Assembly: GCA_965140445.1 (NCBI GenBank)
Contig: OZ223236.1
Location: forward strand, 1,664,001-1,728,000
Length of the DNA: 64,000 nucleotides
Direction: 5' to 3'
From: Candidatus Ozemobacteraceae bacterium
GTDB taxonomy: Bacteria > Muiribacteriota > Ozemobacteria > Ozemobacterales > Ozemobacteraceae
The notes under the pieces are model-generated. The model had not been told where the DNA came from and ran no database searches. It saw only the letters and a program-made list of their open reading frames with translations. Below, one piece after another: positions 21,601-28,853 of this stretch. The stretch's first letter is position 1. Each line of letters begins with the position of its first letter. The position numbers were made by a program, and so were the translations under genes.

Positions 21601-21688
21601 AAGTAAAAAAATGGCTTTTGAAAAGCTGGATGTTAAAAATGTAAAAGGTAAAAAGCAGGAAGTTGAAGCTTTTAAGCTTGTTATTTAA
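18668..21688 (+). CDS. 4-TM HAMP class III cyclase, base/transition-state (C2-like) half
   Basis: DKVIGEK (second Asp->Glu), degenerate P-loop DLIGFKE, intact DYTVIGDPVNVAARL and VKGK. ATGA overlap with its partner. Confidence 0.85.
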   Translation: MKLAKTLFLTLALGALFLLILSLEPRMSYTKTQAKRVANGFKIAERMNQETKYDFQVQSWLNKFKTDLINRRELFFDTDEIPEYLKKWLPIEKILVVESSDDGVLKRANTFGTDFPLDWVVSFLKADCLLREKTEDEIEEGLLDELEKNVSKGFYNLIGNRVTKLKVVLRQASKMVLEQSETGTKALLWDKFRLGERVGYIFIKLDFLKFNSLYPIKSFFKFGEDSGYNCAFYFLGSKKILGNPGFMSKIESDFVKWLEAKLGEIGERPAKANYRGQEVFIGSKSYTYDFRPLVILPEDINSKLSLSWKFKLVFLILFFLVLIMVTETLIFQRGFKQNLGRVLAGAFMLAILMPFFVARSVFLRTLIENSEKERLKIERDLHDTLIGLDEGVRIFHMNLLANLKNYCRTPSVVKSILNEERMEGNTGDIDKVFSSIKADEIKLNPSWAEDFTVNDSIAEYIASAGIQILRKDLNFSPEKEQIINSILVSGPNSFIRFFDRQRRKTLAKRSLGKNDNTYYLLEFFRSNFAERLNKKIIHPGFDRKKIGAVSSLDANGLQFEMAEKELVTAIGEGRTYNKLINADSLNWFQTSVGFVHFALFPCEVNGIIRYFISAAWDEFAIDPLFLRRKFIQLGKTNTGGEPTHFQAYSPMIRDNLSSNETESRLLTNLINSCLKKGQIMREETFEGVGSEGAALYEVIPGKFIKLYTIGAKKETGFLKKEYKKRQMIFNIGIFIFIIFSIVAGFNISRSFTNPLEHLLWGMSRIDQNDYKVRLKTSREDEFGSLSVAFNRMAKRLQEKDLLDKYVSQSVKKLTSEPELFAKAQLGSEEWVTILFADLIGFKELQESSSDEDIQKAVETGLSFFFEAAEKSGGEVDKVIGEKVLITFRHDQMGDDKAAQAAIDVARDISGKFEGVGSLVPYFGINSGKVIAGIIGTPSVRMDYTVIGDPVNVAARLCGVASNTGNKVVISGITREILASKKMAFEKLDVKNVKGKKQEVEAFKLVI

Positions 21689-22685
21689 CTTTTTCAATTT
21701 TAAATTTTGCTATAACAGGAACATGATCTGAAATTCTTGGGGTAAGAATCCTATTTTCACTGGTTAAATTTATTTTTGCTGTACCTTGTTTAAGCAGGAT
21801 ATAGTCTAGTTTTCTTTCTAGATGGTTTCCGGCAGTGGGTTTTAGGTTTTTATTCTGAATAAAATTTACCCCAAGTGTTTTAAAAACATAGTTAGGAGTA
21901 AGATTTAGATCTCCGCAGATAGCTGTAGGAACATTTCTATCTTTAAAATAATTTGTCAAAAGAGGAAGTTGAGAAAAATTTGGTTTGATTCGCATCTCTC
22001 GTCTTGCTGAATAAAGATGGGTGTTTACAAAGTTGACTTTGAAACCATTTATTACAATCTCAGAGATTAAAAATCCTTTTCCAGCCAGCAATTCTTCAAA
22101 TCTAAAATTCAGCCAGCTTGGGTACCTTAAAAATGTGACTTTATTAATCTTGAATTTGCTTAAACTTAATAACCCTGAGCGATTAAATAACGGATTAAAT
22201 GAGAAGGTCGCATTGTATTCAGGAAGCAGTTCAATGATTTTTTTTGCCCAATGATTAGTCCATACCTCCTGAAGTGCTACTAGATCTGGATTCTCTTTCT
22301 TCACAATTTTTACCAGGTCTGAAATTCTATCTTCATGGCGATTAGCAAAAGGTTGGGGGAGTAAAAACATATTGCATGTCATAGCTTTAATGCTTTTGCT
22401 GCTAGTTTTTCGGGTTTGTTTCTCTGATCTATCAATTAAAACAACATCAGACTCTTGAAGGCTCGCAAGTTCCTTAAAGTGTAGCTTTTCAAATACTTTA
22501 AAAGTTAATCCAAAGATAGAGGCAAATTGAAAATTTCTAAAATGTGTTTCCAAACTTTCCCAGGCTTTTGGTTTACTTGGTTTAAAAAAGGCTACGCTTT
22601 TATCACCATTGGCATTGAGAGCCATGCTAAGAAGCAATAGCGTCATAAGCGTTGAGCTCAAAAAGCTTTTTTTGAACTGATTCAT
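21681..22685 (-). CDS. Secreted endonuclease/exonuclease/phosphatase (sphingomyelinase-like) protein
   Basis: DLVALQEVW, SGLLSLSK, NTHL, GDLN, LDYI and SDH motifs. Signal peptide from ATG 22685; the longer track N-terminus looks like non-coding read-through. Confidence 0.85.
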   Translation of the reverse strand: MNQFKKSFLSSTLMTLLLLSMALNANGDKSVAFFKPSKPKAWESLETHFRNFQFASIFGLTFKVFEKLHFKELASLQESDVVLIDRSEKQTRKTSSKSIKAMTCNMFLLPQPFANRHEDRISDLVKIVKKENPDLVALQEVWTNHWAKKIIELLPEYNATFSFNPLFNRSGLLSLSKFKINKVTFLRYPSWLNFRFEELLAGKGFLISEIVINGFKVNFVNTHLYSARREMRIKPNFSQLPLLTNYFKDRNVPTAICGDLNLTPNYVFKTLGVNFIQNKNLKPTAGNHLERKLDYILLKQGTAKINLTSENRILTPRISDHVPVIAKFKIEKVK

Positions 22686-22979
22686 GAGCTGATTGTAATA
22701 AAAATAAAAAAAATGTGATATAGGGGTTTTGGGGTGAAAAACGATGAAAAACTTAATAAAGTAGAGATATGTCTCTTTAAAAGCCGAAAATCGAGTTACA
22801 GTTGTATTAAAAATAAGACGAAGAATAAAATAGAAGCTAAGAGAAATGGGAAAACCCCCCTTGCGGCTGAAAAATAAGGAGTCCGAAATGAGCAAACAAA
22901 AATCGGAGACTTTAGGGCAAACTGTATCTCAAGTTTTACTGAATCTGCCAGTTCTTAAAAAAATTAACCAAACGTTTTC

Positions 22980-23007
22980 TAAACCACTCTTAAGTATTGG
23001 CAGATAA
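22980..23007 (+). promoter_or_regulatory. Possible sigma28/SigD-type promoter
   Basis: TAAA-N16-GCAGATAA versus consensus TAAA-N15/16-GCCGATAA, just upstream of the GGAGG RBS of the 23029 gene. Confidence 0.4.
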
Positions 23008-23028
23008 TCAAATCCTGGAGGTTCACAA

Positions 23029-24042
23029 ATGGCAGTCGAAAAAATCGTTGCTCGGATGTATGACTTGAATCCTGCAACACCAAAAACGACACAAGCATCT
23101 GAAAACGGATTTGAAGAGGCAATGAAAACAGCAACAGAGAAAAGCGACAAGGAAGTCTGCTCTTATTGCGCTACTCATGCAGCAGACTCTACTGTTGATA
23201 GTAGTTCGCAGACTTCTGAAGCTGCAGAGTCAGATGCCGCATCATCTGCATCAGACTCAGAAAGCAATGAAACATTTGCATATCGATTCTCGATGTTTGT
23301 TAGGGTTACTTCCAGTCATGAACAAGTAGCGAGTGGTCTTGGAAGTATGTTTCATCAGGCTGCCAGAGGAGTAGTAAATGCTTTGAAGTCTGATGAATCC
23401 TGTGGCTGTAATCTGATCGACAATTTTTTCAGCAAAGCACAGGCAAAAGTTGATGTTGGAATTAACCAAAGCCAAAACTTTCTTAAAGATATTATTGAAG
23501 CAGCGGATACTGGTATTAAATCGATTTCAAATGCAATGCTTGGGAACTCATGGATGTCTGGAATGGCAAGTATGAGCGGAATGTCAGGCATGAATCTTTC
23601 AATGAATTCATCAATGCCAGGCACTTCTGGATCTGATATTGCCGGTTTATATCTGAAAGAAGCAATGAACTCAATGAGTAGCTATGGTTCCAGCGCTGTT
23701 GGATCAAGTGCGACAAGCAAGGGAAGTGCGGGTCTTCAACTGATTTCAAGTTCTCAAATCTCAAGTTCTAAAATAGAAACAGCGGTTCCAGAAGAAAATA
23801 AAACAGAAAAAATTGGGGAAAAGCGATTGGAATTACTAGATAAGTTTCTTGCGATGATGGATGAGTTTATGGAAAAGAGTCCTCCTGAATCAGAAAAACC
23901 ATTCTTTTCACAGATTGAATTAGCTATTTTTCGAGCTACCGGAAGTGGCGAGGCAGTAAAAACTGATGAAACAGATTCCGCTGAAGAAGTTTCTAAAGAA
24001 AACAACGAAGCAGCAGAAGTCGCTGAAACTGTTACTGTTTAA
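23029..24042 (+). CDS. Hypothetical Ser/Met/Glu-rich low-complexity protein
   Basis: 337-aa ORF with GGAGG RBS and its own terminator. MSGMASMSGMSGM tract. Confidence 0.7.
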   Translation: MAVEKIVARMYDLNPATPKTTQASENGFEEAMKTATEKSDKEVCSYCATHAADSTVDSSSQTSEAAESDAASSASDSESNETFAYRFSMFVRVTSSHEQVASGLGSMFHQAARGVVNALKSDESCGCNLIDNFFSKAQAKVDVGINQSQNFLKDIIEAADTGIKSISNAMLGNSWMSGMASMSGMSGMNLSMNSSMPGTSGSDIAGLYLKEAMNSMSSYGSSAVGSSATSKGSAGLQLISSSQISSSKIETAVPEENKTEKIGEKRLELLDKFLAMMDEFMEKSPPESEKPFFSQIELAIFRATGSGEAVKTDETDSAEEVSKENNEAAEVAETVTV

Positions 24043-24098
24043 ATTTCATAGATAGATTTGGGAGTTAAGGGATTTGGGATATAGTTGATCTACGATTG

Positions 24099-24129
24099 GG
24101 CCGTGCCATACAAGGCACGGCCATTTTTT
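24099..24129 (+). terminator. Intrinsic terminator
   Basis: GGCCGTGCC-ATACAA-GGCACGGCC followed by ATTTTTT. Confidence 0.8.
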
Positions 24130-24937
24130 ATGTTCTAGTTGGTATAATTTTACTGAACTCCAGCCCTGTTTCTGAAACAATCGCTTTCAGAGCTATTGCT
24201 TCAACACCTTCTGATAAAACCTTTCTCAGGACTCTGGCATACTCTGGATCAATTTCTTCTGCGGGACCCATCCATTCTGCACTGTTTCGTTCAACAAAAA
24301 ATAAAATAACCGCTCTTGCTCCATTTGATTTTAATTGGGTTAGCTCCATCAAGTGTTTTTGTCCTCGAGTAGTTACTGCATCTGGAAATGTTGAGCCATT
24401 GCCATCAGCTAATAAAGTTACATTCTTAACTTCAATGAAACATGGTGGAAGTGTTTGGCTTTTTTGGGATTTTTTTAATGGCGGTAGCTCGATGTATCTT
24501 TTTGGATTCGGTTTGAAGAATTTGCATAGCTCAAGATCATTTGGATCATTGAATAGAACAAGATCAAGTCTACTTTTGTCCGAAATTTTTACTTCTGCCT
24601 GAGCAAAGCTATAGCCAGTAAGCTCAGGGATTAAATTTTTTACTATAGCATTTAAAACTGCCTTGTTTGGGTTTGAAGTATTAACTCCTACCCAGCCATC
24701 TTTCATGTAAACCGCTTGAAGAGTGTATTTTAATTTTCTTGTAGGAACCTGAGAAAAATCTGAAAGAATTACAGGCGCACCATTTTCCCAGCAAGTTTTC
24801 ATACTTCCAGAATTTGGAACGTGAACTGTAACTATTTCCCCGTTTTTAAGCTCCACATCAGCAAGAAATCTTTTGTACCGATTTATAATTTTGCCTTCAA
24901 TAAGTGGTCTTTCAAATTCATAAATTGATTTGTTCAT
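24128..24937 (-). CDS. sfsA: DNA/RNA nuclease SfsA
   Basis: RYKRFLADV, HVPNSGSM, SRLD, FIEVKNVT and FPDAVTTRGQKHL. ATG 24937 follows GGAG. Confidence 0.9.
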   Translation of the reverse strand: MNKSIYEFERPLIEGKIINRYKRFLADVELKNGEIVTVHVPNSGSMKTCWENGAPVILSDFSQVPTRKLKYTLQAVYMKDGWVGVNTSNPNKAVLNAIVKNLIPELTGYSFAQAEVKISDKSRLDLVLFNDPNDLELCKFFKPNPKRYIELPPLKKSQKSQTLPPCFIEVKNVTLLADGNGSTFPDAVTTRGQKHLMELTQLKSNGARAVILFFVERNSAEWMGPAEEIDPEYARVLRKVLSEGVEAIALKAIVSETGLEFSKIIPTRT

Positions 24938-25015
24938 TAATTTTCTCCACAATATGTAGATAAAGAATTTAAGATAGAGGTCAAGTTAATTAGAATTTGA
25001 AATAATGGTGGAAAT

Positions 25016-25594
25016 ATGAAAGCAATTGCAATTTGTGGCAGCCCAAGAAAAAATGGAAACACAGAGACTATGCTGAAAATAGTCCTGGAGAGACTTGAAA
25101 AGACTGGAATAGAAACTGAGTTAATAAGGCTAAGTGGTAAAAATATTCGAACCTGTATTGCCTGTGGTGGATGCAAAAAAACAAAGGACAGAACCTGCTC
25201 CATAAAAGGAGATGACTTTCATTCTATTCTGGGAAAAATGATAGATGCAGATGTAATTTTATTAGGAACTCCAGTGTATTTTGGCTCTGCTACGTCAGAG
25301 CTGACAGCGGTTTTACATAGGGCTGGATATGTGGCGAGGGCAAATGGGGGATTATTTGATGAAAAAATTGGCGCCCCTGTAGTTGTGGCAAGGCGTGCCG
25401 GGCAAAACTTTACCTTTGCTCAATTAATGTTCTGGTACACAATTAATAACATGATTGTCCCTGGATCAGGATACTGGAACATTGGTTTTGGCCGTGAGCC
25501 TGGTGATGTGGTTGCAGATTCTGAAGGAATCGATAACCTGAACCATCTTGCTACAAATCTAATTAATCTTGCTGAAAAGTTATACTCCTGTTAA
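25016..25594 (+). CDS. Iron-sulfur flavoprotein / NADPH-dependent FMN reductase family
   Basis: GSPRKNGNT, CxxCxxCx7C, GTPVYFG, RRAG. Confidence 0.9.
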   Translation: MKAIAICGSPRKNGNTETMLKIVLERLEKTGIETELIRLSGKNIRTCIACGGCKKTKDRTCSIKGDDFHSILGKMIDADVILLGTPVYFGSATSELTAVLHRAGYVARANGGLFDEKIGAPVVVARRAGQNFTFAQLMFWYTINNMIVPGSGYWNIGFGREPGDVVADSEGIDNLNHLATNLINLAEKLYSC

Positions 25595-25672
25595 TTAAAC
25601 TAAAAATAGAAACTACTCTGAAATTGATAGAGAAATGGCTTAAGGAAATACTTATAAAAGGATGTTAGATAA

Positions 25673-26524
25673 ATGTTTGATTCTGGCGAAAACGATTTTT
25701 TAAAAAGGCTTTATAGGCATCAATGGTCTTTAAATAAAGGTGAAAACTCCAGCAAGGAAACTCCTGAATTCTGGGATTCTAGAGCCGAAGACTTTGCTGC
25801 CAAAGCCCACTCTCAAGAATCTAGAGATGAAGTGTTGAAGTTACTTAAGTCATTTTCATGGAGAAAAGATGAGACCGTTTTAGATGTGGGCGCTGGCCCG
25901 GGAACCTATGCTGTGCCATTGGCAAAAATGGTTGCCAGTGTAACTTCTACAGACGTTTCTGAGGCAATGCTTGCTCAACTAAAACTTCAGGCGCAAAAAG
26001 AGGGTGTAAACAATATAAAAACAAGGGTTGGGAGATGGTTAAGTCTGGATAATTTAAAACCTCATGACACCGTAATGTGTTTCAATAGCCTGGGAGTTAT
26101 TTCAGCCGATGATTCGCATGAGTGCCATCTGGATACTGCTTTATTAAAATTGCGGGATTTAACAAAAAAACGTCTGCTTATATTGATTCCACATGCAGAT
26201 TCTCCTGCTGATCAGCTGATGAAAGATGCTGTGGGAATAACTAATGCCCCTCTTGAGAGAAAGCGCATCGCAGCTTTGTATTATGGGATGATTGATTGCG
26301 GAATGTTGCCTGGTTTACAGATATTGAGTAGACCCTTTCACTGGACCTTTAAAGACCTGAATGAAGCCGTTGATACCCTTTCATTTAAACTTGGTTTAGA
26401 AGAATCAAAAAAAGAGCTTTTGGCTGTTCACCTTGAAAAACGTCTTGTTTCAAATGGAAAGAATCTTTCATTATCGTATAAATGTGCGCAAGCTTTGTTT
26501 GTATGGGATAAGGATCTTCAATAA
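25673..26524 (+). CDS. Class I SAM-dependent methyltransferase
   Basis: FWDSRA and VLDVGAGPG motif I, DVSEAML. Confidence 0.85.
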   Translation: MFDSGENDFLKRLYRHQWSLNKGENSSKETPEFWDSRAEDFAAKAHSQESRDEVLKLLKSFSWRKDETVLDVGAGPGTYAVPLAKMVASVTSTDVSEAMLAQLKLQAQKEGVNNIKTRVGRWLSLDNLKPHDTVMCFNSLGVISADDSHECHLDTALLKLRDLTKKRLLILIPHADSPADQLMKDAVGITNAPLERKRIAALYYGMIDCGMLPGLQILSRPFHWTFKDLNEAVDTLSFKLGLEESKKELLAVHLEKRLVSNGKNLSLSYKCAQALFVWDKDLQ

Positions 26525-26549
26525 TCAAGGTTCATAAATGTTTTAAAAT

Positions 26550-26589
26550 AAAAAATCCGCCTAAGACATGGTCCAGGCGGAATTTTTTT
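26550..26589. terminator. Bidirectional intrinsic terminator
   Basis: A-tract, TCCGCCT...AGGCGGA stem, T-tract, lying between convergent genes. Confidence 0.75.
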
Positions 26590-26608
26590 ATTTCAGTTTT
26601 TCGAAGAG

Positions 26609-28630
26609 TTAGCTGAAAATCTTTTTCACAGCTTCCTTTATTTTAGATTCTTCAGGGACGAACGGCAGAGTTACGTGATTTCCTTTTCCCGCCTTATTGA
26701 ATTCTGCAGTTACTTCAATTGCATTTTCACAACGCCCCCATGCTCTTCTTGATACACCACACATAACGTCCCAGGTCATTGAAAGATTAATGATGGTATC
26801 AACTCTCTCGCTTCCATCCAAAACCAGACCAAAACCACCATTTACTGATTTACTTATTCCAACACCGCCGCCATTGTGAAGAGATATCAAACTCATTCCG
26901 CGCGCGGCATTGCCAGCATAGCAATGGGTTGCCATTTCTGACATAATATTGCTGCCGTCTTTAATATTTGATGTTTCACGGTAAGGTGAGTCTGTTCCAC
27001 CAGTGTCATGATGATCTCTACCTAGCATTACTGGACCGATTTCACCATTTCTAACCATCTCATTAAATTTAAGCGCAATTTTGACTCTGCCTTCAGTGTC
27101 CTGATACAGGATTCTGGCTTGAGTTCCTACCACAAGAGCATTTTTCTCCGCATCTCTAATCCAGACATAATTATCTCTATCCTGAGATCTTCGGTTAGGA
27201 TCAATGCAATCCATTGCAGCTTTATCTGTCTTTACAAGGTCATCATGATTTCCGCTTAAGCAGACCCATCTGAAAGGCCCATAGCCATAATCAAATAGCA
27301 TTGGTCCCATAATATCTTCAACATAGGAAGGAAAAATAAAGCCGTCGCGTGGATTCTCTCCGTTGGCACAGATCTCTTTAACGCCTGCGTCGAACACCGC
27401 TCTCATAAAGGCATTTCCATAGTCAAAGAAGTAGGTTCCTTTATCAGCAAGCTTCTTGATAGCTTCAAAGTGAGCTTTTAAGGTTTTATCTACCAGACTT
27501 CTGAATTTATCAGGTTCAGCGGCAAGCATTTCTGTTCTTTCTTCAAATGTTATGCCTTGCGGACAGTATCCACCATCGTAAACGGCATGACATGAGGTTT
27601 GATCTGAGAGCAGCTCTATGTGTACATTGTTTTCGACGGCATATTCAAGCAGGTCAACGATATTCCCGTGAAATGCTATAGAAGTGGATTCTTTTTTATC
27701 CATAAATTCCTTAGCTACTCGGAAGGCCTGCTCGGGGGTCTCTGCAATTTGAGCCACCCAGCCTTGTTCATGCCTTGTATCAATTCTTGAACGATCAACT
27801 TCTGCTACAATTCCAACGCCATTCGCAATTTCTACTGCTTTTGGCTGAGCACCGCTCATACCGCCTAAGCCACTGGAGACAAAAAGATGGCCGCGAAGAT
27901 CTTCCTGACTACCAATTCCAAGTTTCATTCTTCCGGCATTTAGTATGGTGTTAAAAGTGCCATGAACTATTCCCTGCGGGCCGATATACATCCACCCACC
28001 AGCAGTCATTTGTCCGTAGTTTGTTACGCCAAGCTGCATTGCTCTGTGCCACTCTTCTTGACTATCAAACATGCCAATCATTAGCCCATGACTCATTATA
28101 ACTCTTGGAGCAGACGGATGAGATTTAAACAACCCCATTGGATGGCCTGACATTACTACAAGCGTTTGATCTTGAGTAAGTTGCTCAAGGTATTTTTTTA
28201 TGAGGCAATATTGCATCCAGTTTTGGCATACCTGGCCAGTTTCACCATAAGTAACAAGTTCATAAGGATAAAGAGCAATCGCAAAATCCAGATTGTTGTC
28301 AATCATTACCTGGAAAGCTTTGCCTTCGATGCAGTTCCCTTTATATTGCTCTATGGGCTTCCCATAAAGGTGTCCCTCTGGTCTAAATCTGTAGCCATAA
28401 ATTCTTCCGTAGGTTTTTAACTCTTCTAAAAACTCCGGAATCATTGCGTCATGCAATTCTTCGGGAAGGTATCTAAGGGCATTTTTCAGCGCTAATTCTG
28501 TTTCACCCTGGTTAAGAGTAAATCCCCTGTTTGGGGCTCGTCGATATTTAGGATCGAAAGCTGGATATTCTGGTAAAACCGGATCTAGCTTAATTGTCAT
28601 TGCTTCGCCAATTGCTTTGTTGCTTAGCAT
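26609..28630 (-). CDS. hutU: Urocanate hydratase (long form)
   Basis: YGQMTAGGWMYIGPQGIVHGT, GLGGMSGAQPKA, SDQTSCH, GRDHHD, HNGGGVG. ATG 28630 follows GGAGG. Confidence 0.95.
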   Translation of the reverse strand: MLSNKAIGEAMTIKLDPVLPEYPAFDPKYRRAPNRGFTLNQGETELALKNALRYLPEELHDAMIPEFLEELKTYGRIYGYRFRPEGHLYGKPIEQYKGNCIEGKAFQVMIDNNLDFAIALYPYELVTYGETGQVCQNWMQYCLIKKYLEQLTQDQTLVVMSGHPMGLFKSHPSAPRVIMSHGLMIGMFDSQEEWHRAMQLGVTNYGQMTAGGWMYIGPQGIVHGTFNTILNAGRMKLGIGSQEDLRGHLFVSSGLGGMSGAQPKAVEIANGVGIVAEVDRSRIDTRHEQGWVAQIAETPEQAFRVAKEFMDKKESTSIAFHGNIVDLLEYAVENNVHIELLSDQTSCHAVYDGGYCPQGITFEERTEMLAAEPDKFRSLVDKTLKAHFEAIKKLADKGTYFFDYGNAFMRAVFDAGVKEICANGENPRDGFIFPSYVEDIMGPMLFDYGYGPFRWVCLSGNHDDLVKTDKAAMDCIDPNRRSQDRDNYVWIRDAEKNALVVGTQARILYQDTEGRVKIALKFNEMVRNGEIGPVMLGRDHHDTGGTDSPYRETSNIKDGSNIMSEMATHCYAGNAARGMSLISLHNGGGVGISKSVNGGFGLVLDGSERVDTIINLSMTWDVMCGVSRRAWGRCENAIEVTAEFNKAGKGNHVTLPFVPEESKIKEAVKKIFS

Positions 28631-28853
28631 GTACAACCTCCATTCCTTGATTAATAGCGTAATTCTTATTGCAAAATTATATTACTTTTACTCATTATAT
28701 TAAACATTTATATTGAAAAAAAGACTCATACGAGATCAGTTAGAGCTTTCACAGCTTCTTTGATGGGTTAAATGCTTTTTATACCTTAAATAAAATTTCA
28801 GGCTAATCCTATTTCATGTTAAACTTTTCTCAGAATAAGATAGAGCGAGAGTT

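Noticed and set aside
22686..22895. N-terminal 70 aa of the 404-aa track ORF
   Set aside because: Phe-rich translation of AT-rich intergenic DNA; a signal peptide begins at ATG 22685.
22885..22955. Loose resemblance to a c-di-GMP-I riboswitch (GCAAAC...GCAAAAC...GCCAGTT)
   Set aside because: The P2 stem does not pair convincingly and the GACGCAAA core is absent. An Infernal search with RF01051 would settle it.
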